Part shown: one piece after another, positions 37,343 to 46,832 of the stretch | How positions within the stretch are numbered: position 1 is the stretch's first letter | Layout: each line of letters begins with the position of its first letter | Source of the DNA: an uncultured bacterium | GTDB lineage: Bacteria; Patescibacteriota; Minisyncoccia; Phycocordibacterales; GCA-2401445 | Direction: 5' to 3' | NCBI GenBank assembly: GCA_937952265.1 | Contig: CALFYW010000016.1 | Span: forward strand, 142,661 to 206,660 | DNA length: 64,000 nucleotides | The notes under the pieces: generated by a model | Database searches by the model: none | Told to the model about the DNA's origin: nothing | Seen by the model: only the letters and a program-made list of their open reading frames with translations | Program-made: the position numbers and the translations under genes

Positions 37343-38215
37343 ATGCAAAATAGCATGTTACGTATTCAGAGATCGGTGCTTTTCGGAAGCATAAGCACCG
37401 CGCTACTCTTGGTTTTTCTATTCGCGAACGCTCTCCCCGCGCAAGCGCAAACAAATTCTGATGTCTCCCCAAATCGTTCCGTACGCGATCTTCGTAGCGA
37501 ACGAATCCAGCAAGAGCGAGAATCTCTTGAGGAAATCAGAGAAGAACGGCGAGAATTACTTGAAAAACGGGACGAAAAAATGGAGGAGAAAAGAGAGGAG
37601 CAGCGAGAAATACGACAAACCAACATTGAAACCGTTCGAGAAAATACCGTTCGAAAAGTAGAAACCATTCGAGAAGAACAGAAGAAAATGCTTGATGCAG
37701 CTCGCGTTAGAATATCAGATAAAAAAGAAGACATTCGAGACAAAGTTGAAATACGGCGCCAAGAACTCGAGGCTAATCGAGATGAACGCCGTGCCCGCCT
37801 TGAAGAAGCGGCACAACAAAAAATTCAATCATTCCTTGATAAAACCATCGACCGCTTCCACGCCGCCATTGAACGACTCCAGGAACTCGCGGTAAGAATT
37901 GAGTCTCGTATTGAAAAACTTGAAGAAAGAGGGGTCGATCTTACTCGAGCACGAGAGAGACTTGCCTCCGCGAAAGCGGCAATAGATACCGCGCTCTCCG
38001 CTATCGAACGAGCGGCGCTTGCGGGAGTTGAGGTTACCGACGGAGAGACGCCACGTGACGCGTTCCAAGAAGTAAAAGACGTTCTTAATGTTGCAAAAGA
38101 AGCGCTTAAAGATGCGCACCGCACACTGGTTGAGGTAATTACCCTTATTAAAGATGCGGCAAGCAATATCCCCGATACCTCAAATGATTCAGATGAAAAT
38201 GAAGAAGAAAATTAG
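37343..38215 (+). CDS. Secreted, highly charged coiled-coil protein (290 aa)
   Basis: Signal peptide …ALPAQAQT, then ~250 aa of E/R/K-rich heptad-like sequence (ERESLEEIREERRELLEKRDEKMEEKREEQRE…). Confidence 0.55.
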   Translation: MQNSMLRIQRSVLFGSISTALLLVFLFANALPAQAQTNSDVSPNRSVRDLRSERIQQERESLEEIREERRELLEKRDEKMEEKREEQREIRQTNIETVRENTVRKVETIREEQKKMLDAARVRISDKKEDIRDKVEIRRQELEANRDERRARLEEAAQQKIQSFLDKTIDRFHAAIERLQELAVRIESRIEKLEERGVDLTRARERLASAKAAIDTALSAIERAALAGVEVTDGETPRDAFQEVKDVLNVAKEALKDAHRTLVEVITLIKDAASNIPDTSNDSDENEEEN

Positions 38216-38236
38216 TATTAAATTATCGTTATACGT

Positions 38237-38635
38237 ATGAACAACGAAGAACAAAATAATCAACCACAACCAGCGGAGCCTCAAATGCCCCAAGAGCCAC
38301 AACAGGCACAACCACAGGCGGAAGAGCCCATGCAGGAGCCTCCTGTTATGAACACAGCTTCTGCTGAACCAAAAGAAAGTTCCACGGGCCCAATTGCAGG
38401 ATCGATCATTATTATCTTGGTATTAGTTGCTGGAGGCTTCTATTTCTGGCAAACACGGATTAATACCCCGGAACCAGGACCTGCTCCCGCAGTAGAGGAG
38501 GGACAAATGATGCAGAAAGAAGCTCCTCCAGCTGACGATATTTCTTCCCTTGAAGAAGATCTCTCTGATACTGAACTCGAAAATCTCGACGCAGACCTCG
38601 AAGCAATTGAAGCAGAGCTTGATAACGCACTGTAA
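38237..38635 (+). CDS. Small membrane protein with a Pro/Gln-rich N-terminus and acidic C-terminus (132 aa)
   Basis: Single TM segment IAGSIIIILVLVAGGFYFW. Confidence 0.45.
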   Translation: MNNEEQNNQPQPAEPQMPQEPQQAQPQAEEPMQEPPVMNTASAEPKESSTGPIAGSIIIILVLVAGGFYFWQTRINTPEPGPAPAVEEGQMMQKEAPPADDISSLEEDLSDTELENLDADLEAIEAELDNAL

Positions 38636-38655
38636 TCCCCCACTACCGCATAAGA

Positions 38656-38684
38656 AAAAACCTCCTATCACGGAGGTTTTTTCT
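38656..38684 (+). terminator. Intrinsic terminator
   Basis: aaaaacctcc tatcac ggaggtttttt. Confidence 0.7.
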
Positions 38685-38727
38685 TACCCTTGATTCTAAG
38701 TCTTCAAGAAGGTAGACTTGAAAAACT

Positions 38728-39810
38728 ATGTCACATACCAGATACCAGAATATTACCATTACCCCTAAAGAGTCTTCGGAAATAGAGATTGTCGGGGAAA
38801 TTCCTTTTGAACACCTTACTCCCTTTCAGGAAGGTGTTATAAGCAAGCTCCAGAAAGAAACCGCGCTTCCAGGATTTCGCAAAGGCCACGTCCCACGAGA
38901 GCGTATTATCCAACACGTTGGAGAAGGCACCATTCTTCATGAAAGCGCAGAGCAAGCACTACAAAGCGTATACCCAGAAATCATTATCGATCACAAGCTC
39001 GACCCTATTGGCAACCCTCAAATTATCATCACCAAGCTCGCACCCGGTAACCCGCTTGGATTCAAAGCCGTAACCGCGGTAATGCCTGAGATCACGCTCC
39101 CTGACTACCGTGCAATTGCCCATACTCACTTCAGTAAAGAAAAAGTAGAGCCTTCTGTTGAAGAAAAAGAGATCGAGGACACCTTGCTCCATCTGCGTAA
39201 AGCGCTTAAATCAAGAGACGCGTCAGGAGAAAAAGACGCGCCCAAAGAATCAGGAGAGCAGGCACTTCCTGAAATCACTGACGCACTCGTACAAACGCTC
39301 GGTGATTTCAAAAATGTGGCCGATTTCAAAGAAAAGATTAAAGAAAATATAAAGACAGAAAAAATACGCCAAGAAGAAGAGCGCCGACGAGTTGCAGTTA
39401 TTGATGAGATTGCGGAAGGTTTAAAGGTAACCCTACCAAACATTTTAATTGAAGCTGAGCTTAATAAACTGGTTGCGCGATTCAAAGACCAGATTTCCCA
39501 GAGTGGTATTGAATTTTCAAAATACCTCGAACAGATCAAAAAGAGCGAAGATGACATGCGAACCGAAATGAGACCTGACGCAGTTAAACGAGCAAAAATC
39601 GAACTCGCGCTCGCAAAAATAGCTGAAAAAGAAAAACTCTCCCCCGATAAAGAGACGGTTGAAAAGGAGGTGAAAGGAATTCTTGAGCATCACAAAGACG
39701 CTGACCCACATCACGTACGCATGTATGTTGCGAATGTGCTTACCAACCAATTAGTGCTGCAATCTCTCGAAAAAGAAGGAGGCAAGAAAGAAACTCCTCC
39801 AAAAGCCTAA
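38728..39810 (+). CDS. tig: Trigger factor (short form, 360 aa)
   Basis: N-terminal ribosome-binding signature LPGFRKGHVP. PPIase and C-terminal arms are reduced. Confidence 0.85.
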   Translation: MSHTRYQNITITPKESSEIEIVGEIPFEHLTPFQEGVISKLQKETALPGFRKGHVPRERIIQHVGEGTILHESAEQALQSVYPEIIIDHKLDPIGNPQIIITKLAPGNPLGFKAVTAVMPEITLPDYRAIAHTHFSKEKVEPSVEEKEIEDTLLHLRKALKSRDASGEKDAPKESGEQALPEITDALVQTLGDFKNVADFKEKIKENIKTEKIRQEEERRRVAVIDEIAEGLKVTLPNILIEAELNKLVARFKDQISQSGIEFSKYLEQIKKSEDDMRTEMRPDAVKRAKIELALAKIAEKEKLSPDKETVEKEVKGILEHHKDADPHHVRMYVANVLTNQLVLQSLEKEGGKKETPPKA

Positions 39811-39870
39811 TAATAAAGCAAAGTGGCTCCTATTGCCACTACGCTAGTATCATGCTAGAGTGTTTTTACT

Positions 39871-40440
39871 ATGTTAATTCCAACCGTAATAGAAAAGACA
39901 AATTTTGGTGAACGCGCCTATGATATTTATTCTCGGCTCCTTAAAGAGCGAATCGTATTTCTTGCGGGCCCGATTGAAGACCACGTTGCCAATAGCATTA
40001 TTGCCCAATTCCTCTTTCTTCAGTCAGAAGACTCAAAAAAAGACATATCATTCTATATTAATTCTCCAGGAGGATCGGTAACCGCTACCCTTGCGATGCT
40101 TGATACCATGAATCATATTAAAAATGATGTTTCTACTTTTTGTGTTGGTATTGCTGCATCAGGAGCAGCTATTCTCCTTTCCGCAGGGAAAAAAGGCAAG
40201 CGATTCGCTCTGCCAAACGCAGAAGTTATGATCCACCAACCATGGGGAGGAGCACAAGGACAGGCTTCTGATATTGAAATTACTGCCCGCCAAATCCTTA
40301 AAACTCGTGAAAAATTGAATAAAATTCTTGCAACAAATACGGGACAGACGCTTTCAAAGATTGAAAAAGACGTAGATCGAGACTTCTTTATGTCCGCTGA
40401 CGAAGCTAAAAAATACGGGGTTATCGATAAAGTGCTCTAA
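39871..40440 (+). CDS. clpP: ATP-dependent Clp protease proteolytic subunit
   Basis: 189 aa with …[10 protein letters not shown]…; catalytic Ser/His/Asp context conserved. Confidence 0.95.
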   Translation: MLIPTVIEKTNFGERAYDIYSRLLKERIVFLAGPIEDHVANSIIAQFLFLQSEDSKKDISFYINSPGGSVTATLAMLDTMNHIKNDVSTFCVGIAASGAAILLSAGKKGKRFALPNAEVMIHQPWGGAQGQASDIEITARQILKTREKLNKILATNTGQTLSKIEKDVDRDFFMSADEAKKYGVIDKVL

Positions 40441-40459
40441 AAATAGAAGGCTTAGACCA

Positions 40460-40488
40460 GAAAACCCGCGTTGAGCGGGTTTTTTTAA
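40460..40488 (+). terminator. Intrinsic terminator after clpP
   Basis: aaacccgc gttga gcgggttttttt. Confidence 0.7.
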
Positions 40489-40693
40489 TTCGACAACATT
40501 AATTTTTCAGTGTATACTTTATACATTACTTGAAATTAAATTTGGTAGCTTGTTTTTGAACATTATGCATTATCGTACTTTAGATCTTTCTTGGCTTGGC
40601 ATACTATTGCGCACACCCTTACCGAAACAATACGGCAATATTGTGCAGAGACACACTCGTGCATTAGTGTAAAAAACGGCTCTACAAAGTAAT

Positions 40694-42223
40694 ATGTCGT
40701 TAAAATTAGTCGTGCTCATCGCAGGGTTGATGACGCTCGTGGGTGTTGCATTCGGCTATTTTCTTCGCTTAATCATTTCTCTCGGGAAGCGTGGCTCCAT
40801 GGAGCTCGAGATTAAGCAGATGATGCTTGAAGCACGAGAAGATGCGAAGAAAATTACCGCAGATGCCGAAAAAAACTCCCAGGAAATCTTAAAAACAGCC
40901 CGCGAAGAGATCAAAGAAAAAGAAGAGAAAATTAAAAAAACCGAAGATCGGTTAATCAAAAAAGAAGAACTGCTTGATAAACGCCAGCTTGATATTGATG
41001 AAGAAGTAGATCATATCAAAAAACGAGTAAGCGAGATCAAAGAGATAAAAGAGCGGGTTGAAGCGCTCAAACAGGAGCGCATCGAAGCGCTCGAGAAAGC
41101 GGCAAATCTCTCTGAGGAAGAAGCTAAAAATGAACTACTCACCATTACGGAAAAGAACGCGGAGGAAGATCTTTTGGTGCGCATGCAAAAACTTGAAAAA
41201 GTTGCTGATGAGCGGCTTGAGCGCCGTGCTCAAGAAATTCTCGCAACCTCAATTCAGAGGCTCACGAGTTCAGTGGCATCAGACATTATGTCTACCACCG
41301 TCACCCTCCCTTCTGATGAAATTAAGGGGAAAATTATTGGAAAAGAAGGACGTAATATTAAGACATTTGAACGCGCGAGCGGTGTTGAGGTAATTGTTGA
41401 TGATACTCCAGGTTCAATTATCATTTCCTCATTCGACCCCGTGCGACGCCAAATTGCTCGCGTTGCCCTTGAAAATCTTATTCTCGATGGAAGAATCCAG
41501 CCCGCACGGATTGAAGAAACGGTTGAAAAAGCCCGCCAAGAGATCGGTAAAATCATTAAAGAAAAAGGCGAGCAGGCGGTCTATGAATGCGGGATATTTA
41601 ATTTAGACCCACGAGTGGTCTCAATTCTTGGAAGGCTCCATTTCCGCACAAGCTACGGACAAAATGTGCTTCAACATTCTATCGAGGTATCGCACCTCTG
41701 TGGATTGATTGCTGAGGAACTCGGTGCAAATGTCGCCGTCGCAAAAGCCGGGGGGCTCTTGCATGATATTGGGAAAGCAGTTGACCACGAAGTACAAGGA
41801 ACGCATGTTGAAATCGGACGAAGGATCCTTCAGAAATTCAATACGAGCGAGGAAATTATTAAAGCAATGCAGGCACATCACGAAGAATACCCATTCGAGA
41901 CCATCGAATCGGTAATTGTGCAGGTGGGAGACATGATTTCAGGGAGTCGCCCTGGTGCCCGACGCGATACCGTAGAAAACTACCTAAAACGCCTCAAAGA
42001 CCTCGAGTCAATCGCGAACTCATTTGAAGGGGTTGAGCGCTCATATGCCCTCCAGGCAGGCCGAGAAATTCGCATTTTTGTACTTCCTGACACGATTTCC
42101 GACCTTGATGCAAAAAATATGGCACGAAAAATCGCACTCCGTATTGAACAAGAGCTTAAATACCCCGGAGAGATTAAAGTAAACGTCATTCGAGAATCAC
42201 GGAGCATCGAATTTGCTCGGTAG
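40694..42223 (+). CDS. rny: Ribonuclease Y
   Basis: 509 aa with N-terminal TM, coiled coil, KH domain (GKIIGKEGRNIK) and HD domain (LLHDIGKAVDHE). Confidence 0.9.
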   Translation: MSLKLVVLIAGLMTLVGVAFGYFLRLIISLGKRGSMELEIKQMMLEAREDAKKITADAEKNSQEILKTAREEIKEKEEKIKKTEDRLIKKEELLDKRQLDIDEEVDHIKKRVSEIKEIKERVEALKQERIEALEKAANLSEEEAKNELLTITEKNAEEDLLVRMQKLEKVADERLERRAQEILATSIQRLTSSVASDIMSTTVTLPSDEIKGKIIGKEGRNIKTFERASGVEVIVDDTPGSIIISSFDPVRRQIARVALENLILDGRIQPARIEETVEKARQEIGKIIKEKGEQAVYECGIFNLDPRVVSILGRLHFRTSYGQNVLQHSIEVSHLCGLIAEELGANVAVAKAGGLLHDIGKAVDHEVQGTHVEIGRRILQKFNTSEEIIKAMQAHHEEYPFETIESVIVQVGDMISGSRPGARRDTVENYLKRLKDLESIANSFEGVERSYALQAGREIRIFVLPDTISDLDAKNMARKIALRIEQELKYPGEIKVNVIRESRSIEFAR

Positions 42224-42252
42224 TCAATACGTGGATAAGTCTTGAACGGATT

Positions 42253-42290
42253 CTTGCCAAAAAATCCCCAATTTATATAATTATTTGGGG
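42253..42290 (+). promoter_or_regulatory. Putative hup promoter (TTGCCA-17-TATAAT) with a -10-spanning imperfect palindrome
   Basis: ttgcca…tatataat; the -10 is bracketed by ccccaattt…atttgggg. Confidence 0.35.
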
Positions 42291-42385
42291 TGCTTAAACA
42301 AGCCACGCTCTCGCGAGGCTTGATGGAACCACAGGCCCGTAGGGCCGGGTCGAGAAGCAATTTATCAAATTAAAAATATACGATA

Positions 42386-42658
42386 ATGAATAAACAAAGT
42401 ATTGTCGAAGTAGTGCACGGCATTGTTGGTGGCACTAAAGTACAAGCCGAACAGGCAGTTGATGCAATCATCAACTCAATCACTGATGCGCTTAAGCGCG
42501 GTGACGAAGTATCAATTGCGGGTCTTGGTATCTTTTCTGCAAAAATGCGTAAAGCTCGTGAAGCACGAAACCCTCAAACTGGCGCAAAGATTCAAGTTCC
42601 AGCGATGCGGGTACCTAAGTTCCGCCCAGCAAAATCTCTCAAAGATGCGGTGAAATAA
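42386..42658 (+). CDS. hup: DNA-binding protein HU
   Basis: 90 aa with …RNPQTGAKIQVPAMRVPKFRPAKSLKDAV… HU/IHF arm. Confidence 0.9.
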   Translation: MNKQSIVEVVHGIVGGTKVQAEQAVDAIINSITDALKRGDEVSIAGLGIFSAKMRKAREARNPQTGAKIQVPAMRVPKFRPAKSLKDAVK

Positions 42659-42680
42659 GGTTTCTTCTAGAAGAAAACAC

Positions 42681-42707
42681 AAAAGCCCCGAAAAGGGGCT
42701 TTTGTGT
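42681..42707 (+). terminator. Intrinsic terminator after hup
   Basis: caaaagcccc gaaaa ggggcttttgtgtt. Confidence 0.7.
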
Positions 42708-42758
42708 TGCATAAAAAACCCGGCCATGCGACCAGGTTTGTAGTGATGAGAACACCTG

Positions 42759-43019
42759 TTAATGATAGGGTGTGTTGCAATATCCGGGCACCCACAGGAA
42801 GAGCCCTAGGATAAGGGTCATAAAACCGAAAAGGACGAGTATATCAGAGAATGGACACTCCATGTCATCATCTGATGTTACGATGGACTTTCTGTATTTT
42901 AATTTGAATCTCCAATACAGATCCCAAAAAAAATCCAACAGTCCCGCGCCTATAACCACACTCCCCCCAAGAACAGTGATCCACTTGCCGTATATTTCCA
43001 TACCTTCATACATAAGCAC
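42759..43019 (-). CDS. Small membrane protein (86 aa, 2 TM)
   Basis: Hydrophobic ORF. No similarity recognised. Confidence 0.35.
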   Translation of the reverse strand: MLMYEGMEIYGKWITVLGGSVVIGAGLLDFFWDLYWRFKLKYRKSIVTSDDDMECPFSDILVLFGFMTLILGLFLWVPGYCNTPYH

Positions 43020-43034
43020 ACAACGCTCCTTTCA

Positions 43035-43259
43035 TTAGAGAAGCCAGTAGGATACGGTAAACACGCTGACACTGAGGGTGAGCAGCCCCACAAAACAAAG
43101 GAGTGCTCGTATCCATACCACACTTGCGTGGGTAATGGAGCATTTCATTTCACCACTTTCAGAAAATCCAGAAAATGTGATTCCCCTCCAGACTAAGATC
43201 AGAACAACAAAACAAGTCCCAAACAAAACTGTTCCTAAAAAACAAAGAGCTATGTTCAT
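43035..43259 (-). CDS. Small membrane protein (74 aa, 2 TM)
   Basis: Hydrophobic ORF in tandem with the previous one. Confidence 0.35.
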   Translation of the reverse strand: MNIALCFLGTVLFGTCFVVLILVWRGITFSGFSESGEMKCSITHASVVWIRALLCFVGLLTLSVSVFTVSYWLL

Positions 43260-43357
43260 TAAAATTCCTTTCTGTTTCTGTTAAGGTTCTAGGGTAAGCC
43301 TAATTAAAAAGCTATACCCTGTCAAACAATACGCTCGCAAAAGAGATTCCCTATGGT

Positions 43358-45142
43358 ATGCTGAAAAAGCTTATCAATATGAATACTTCTCGAAAGAATA
43401 TGCTCATGCGGCTCTTGCCGTATATGCTTCGGTTTAAAGGCCGTATCATCATTTCTGCGTTACTCTTGGTTCTAGGGCGCTTGGTCTCGGTTGCAGATCC
43501 GTATATCCTCAAACTAATTATCGACACCTTAACCACCCCGGATGGAAACATTGCTCCCACCCTCGGAGTATTGGTGAGTATTTTCTTCTTACTTCAAGCC
43601 GCGACACAGTTCGTAGATGCCGCGCGCACCTGGATCTTTGCACCCGCTGAAACGAATATTAAAAAATTCGTTGCGCTTGATGTGTTTTCATATCTTCTAT
43701 CCCTTCCCACGTCATTTCACACCGACCGATCAACAGGGGGCATATCACGGAAGGTAACGCGCGGCACGAGCGGGCTTGAGATGGCTCTTTTCATGATTGC
43801 GGGAAATATTCTTCCTACGCTGGTTGAGCTCATTATCATTACCCTCATTTTTATCACCTTGTTCCCGCTCTCATTCACCGTAGTACTTATCCTTTTTGTG
43901 GTAGTTTTTGTTGCCTATACCGTATGGGCGGTAGGGCGCCGGCAGGCAATCCTCCTGGCTACCAACCAGCTTGATGATGAAGCAAGTGGTAAATCAATTG
44001 ACGCGCTCCTCAATGTTGACACCGTAAAATATTTCACCAACGAAAGTTTTGAGGTTTCGCGTTATGCTTCTTTTTTATCACGATGGGTTACCAATGATAT
44101 TAAGTCATCGAAAATGGAAGCATATATCTACCGCGGGCAAGGAATTATCATTGCGGTGAGCTTAACTATTCTTTTATGGCTTGCAATTGGCGCATACCAG
44201 AGCGGCGGAATGACCGTTGGAGACCTCGTACTGGTAACCACCTACCTTGCCCGCACCTCAGTCCCGCTTTCTTTTCTTGGATTCATTTATCGGCGACTTA
44301 AAGAATCGTTTGCGGATATGGATGAAATGTTTAAGCTCCTTGATGTACCCAACACCCTTACGGATACCTCTCACGCTAAAGAGCTCGGGACTGTTCGGGG
44401 CGAAATCTCTTTTCAGAATGTTCATTTCGGTTATACCCCGGAGCGCGAGGTGGTGCACGATCTTTCATTTACCGTACCCGCGCAGAAGCGCGTTGCGCTG
44501 GTTGGCTACTCCGGATCAGGAAAATCAACGATTAGTAAGCTCTTGCTTCGTCTTTACGATCCAACGCAGGGGAGTATCTTAATAGATGGCCAAGAAATAC
44601 GAGAAGTTACTCAAAAATCCTTGCGGGCACAGATCGGTGTTGTGGCACAAGATGCAATTCTGTTTAATGATACGATTTTTAACAACATTATCTACGGAAA
44701 ACCTGACGCTTCAAAAAAAGAGGTTGAGGATGCCGCCCGAACCGCTCATATCCACGATTTTATTACCGAACACTTACCACAAGGATATGATACGGTGGTA
44801 GGCGAACGAGGGGTAAAACTCTCAGGAGGAGAGAAGCAACGCGTCGCAATCGCACGCATGCTTCTGAAAAATCCTCCGATTTTAATCTTTGACGAAGCAA
44901 CGGCATCACTTGATACCAAAGCAGAAAAAATCATTCAAGACGCAATTAGCGAGCTCTCCCAAGGTGGCCGCACGACAATTGTCATTGCTCACCGACTCTC
45001 AACCATTGTTGATTTTGATGAGATCATCGTCATGGATAAAGGAGTAATCGTGGAACGCGGCACACACCAAGAGCTCATGGCTCAAAATAACGTATACGCA
45101 AAACTATGGAAAATGCAGGGAAAACAGGAATCCAGTGAATAA
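43358..45142 (+). CDS. ABC exporter, fused permease and ATPase (MsbA/lipid A-type family)
   Basis: 594 aa with 6 TM, Walker A GYSGSGKST, signature LSGGEKQRVAIAR and Walker B ILIFDEAT. Confidence 0.9.
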   Translation: MLKKLINMNTSRKNMLMRLLPYMLRFKGRIIISALLLVLGRLVSVADPYILKLIIDTLTTPDGNIAPTLGVLVSIFFLLQAATQFVDAARTWIFAPAETNIKKFVALDVFSYLLSLPTSFHTDRSTGGISRKVTRGTSGLEMALFMIAGNILPTLVELIIITLIFITLFPLSFTVVLILFVVVFVAYTVWAVGRRQAILLATNQLDDEASGKSIDALLNVDTVKYFTNESFEVSRYASFLSRWVTNDIKSSKMEAYIYRGQGIIIAVSLTILLWLAIGAYQSGGMTVGDLVLVTTYLARTSVPLSFLGFIYRRLKESFADMDEMFKLLDVPNTLTDTSHAKELGTVRGEISFQNVHFGYTPEREVVHDLSFTVPAQKRVALVGYSGSGKSTISKLLLRLYDPTQGSILIDGQEIREVTQKSLRAQIGVVAQDAILFNDTIFNNIIYGKPDASKKEVEDAARTAHIHDFITEHLPQGYDTVVGERGVKLSGGEKQRVAIARMLLKNPPILIFDEATASLDTKAEKIIQDAISELSQGGRTTIVIAHRLSTIVDFDEIIVMDKGVIVERGTHQELMAQNNVYAKLWKMQGKQESSE

Positions 45143-45175
45143 AATACCAACCAAAAGAAATCCCTCTGGAGAGAA

Positions 45176-45205
45176 AAACCGCCAGCATCACTGGCGGTTT
45201 TTCTT
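45176..45205. terminator. Bidirectional intrinsic terminator between the ABC exporter and the NTase gene
   Basis: aaaaaccgccag catca ctggcggttttt, with T-runs on both strands. Confidence 0.7.
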
Positions 45206-45294
45206 TTATTTGCTAGTGTATGCTCATAAATAAAAAGAAGTAGTGGATTTAGCCCACTATGTCCTTGGTTGGATTGTGGCACTGTTTCCAATCC

Positions 45295-46041
45295 TTATTT
45301 GTTTAAAAGTAAACGTAAGTCTTCCTTGCAGTTTTCACAATCGCAATTTAATTCCCCGATATTCTTTTTACCACCCATTTGCTTAGTGATGTGTTCGACG
45401 ATTTTAGACCATGCAGTAAATTTTTTCTGTACATCGCTCAAAGAAAGAAATTCGCGTAGTAAATTAAACAACTCTTTGTCCCACTCATCTAAATCACCTA
45501 GAATTCTTTTATTGCTTACCCACCATTTCCCATTAAGTCGATAATGTATTTTCAACAAGTCATTGATGCCAACATGCATAGCAAGCATTGCGGAATCCCG
45601 ATCTTCATCAAGATTACGCTCAACTTTGTCGTTGGCGTGGTGAACCATGAATTGTTGAAACTGGTGGTCTTTAGCAGTGTATCTTGGCGCTTTAACCTGC
45701 ACATAACGATCACGAAGTTCATTTAAAACGCCTGTTTTATCAAAAACAACTTTTGACTCCGCCACCAGGGGTATTCGCCCACTCTTCGATTCTTGTTCGG
45801 TTCGTCGTGAGAGCTGTCCCAAAGAAAGAAAAGTAATATCAAGTTTTACACCATTTATGAATGGATGGTTGATGTTTTTACAAAAATTGTCCTCATTCAC
45901 AACAATACAAACATCTAGATCACTATGCTCTGTTACCTCGCCTCTAGCGACAGACCCAAAGATAAAAGCGCCGTGATAGCGACTATATTTCTCAAGACCT
46001 CTTATATTTTCAATTGCTTGCTTGAAATGCGGAGGTAACAT
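45295..46041 (-). CDS. Pol-beta-superfamily nucleotidyltransferase with a C-terminal helical domain (AadA/KNTase-like architecture)
   Basis: NTase motif AFIFGSVARGEVTEHSDLDVCIVV (compare AadA …GS…G….SDIDL). About 130-aa helical C-terminal domain with a CDCENC cluster. Confidence 0.65.
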   Translation of the reverse strand: MLPPHFKQAIENIRGLEKYSRYHGAFIFGSVARGEVTEHSDLDVCIVVNEDNFCKNINHPFINGVKLDITFLSLGQLSRRTEQESKSGRIPLVAESKVVFDKTGVLNELRDRYVQVKAPRYTAKDHQFQQFMVHHANDKVERNLDEDRDSAMLAMHVGINDLLKIHYRLNGKWWVSNKRILGDLDEWDKELFNLLREFLSLSDVQKKFTAWSKIVEHITKQMGGKKNIGELNCDCENCKEDLRLLLNK

Positions 46042-46366
46042 TCATTAAAATATATCACACGTATTACCTCTCCACTCAATAACCAAAAAGACCGGGTACC
46101 AAAAGTCTCTAATTCCCTGCCGGAGAACAAGACGTTTTTAAACCCGTCAAACTTCTGGAATCTTAACGCTTGAAACCGTGTTCGATAGCAAACAACTAAT
46201 GTTTTGGAAAGATGCGAAACCCACGACTCAATTTTCAGCTCTTCCGGTTCCGGCATGGCTGGAACATGAACTTGAAAAACGTTTTTCCCTAGCTCTGTTC
46301 TGAGCCACGGAAACCATTCCCTATCAGGGTAACCGTCCTAACCATGAATTATGAAAGCTTGTTTTA

Positions 46367-46828
46367 TTATATCAGTAAAAAATTGTTGTTAAGCATTATT
46401 GGTTTCATACCCATAATTTCCTGCTTGTAAGAGAGTTCTGATGACACAGGATTTAGGATATAAATTTTTTTCTTGAGATAGAAAGCAACACCAATTTCAA
46501 TTAGCGTGTTTCCCCCGATATATCCACCTATGCCTCTTTTTTCGTGATTGACGACTAAAATCCCATCACACCAATCAATCTTTTCGTAGTGGTCATTTAT
46601 CGCACCCTCTTTCATATCCCATATCTTATGTTCGGCTGGAAACGCATCAATGCCACCATTTTGCTCAATGTATTGACCGAAATAAACTTTCTTTCCGCCG
46701 CCAAATTCTTGAGGGGCTTCCAAAGCAAGCTCTGGAATTTTTACCTCGTGACCACCTTTTACCAATTCGTCTCTGGCTGACTCCATTTCTTTATAAAATC
46801 CAATGCTTCCGCAGATTGTTATTTTCAT
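46367..46828 (-). CDS. Nucleoside 2-deoxyribosyltransferase-like / YtoQ-like Rossmannoid protein (153 aa)
   Basis: MKITICGSIGF… N-terminal strand and …DGILVVNHEKRGIGGYIGGNTLIEIGVAFYLKKKIYILNP pattern, similar to the NDT/DNPH1/YtoQ fold. Low-to-moderate confidence. Confidence 0.45.
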   Translation of the reverse strand: MKITICGSIGFYKEMESARDELVKGGHEVKIPELALEAPQEFGGGKKVYFGQYIEQNGGIDAFPAEHKIWDMKEGAINDHYEKIDWCDGILVVNHEKRGIGGYIGGNTLIEIGVAFYLKKKIYILNPVSSELSYKQEIMGMKPIMLNNNFLLI

Positions 46829-46832
46829 AAAA

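Noticed and set aside
46002-46256. 84-aa ORF overlapping the NTase start
   Set aside because: It overlaps the NTase start with no recognisable domain and no other coding support. The region may instead be promoter plus a decayed remnant.
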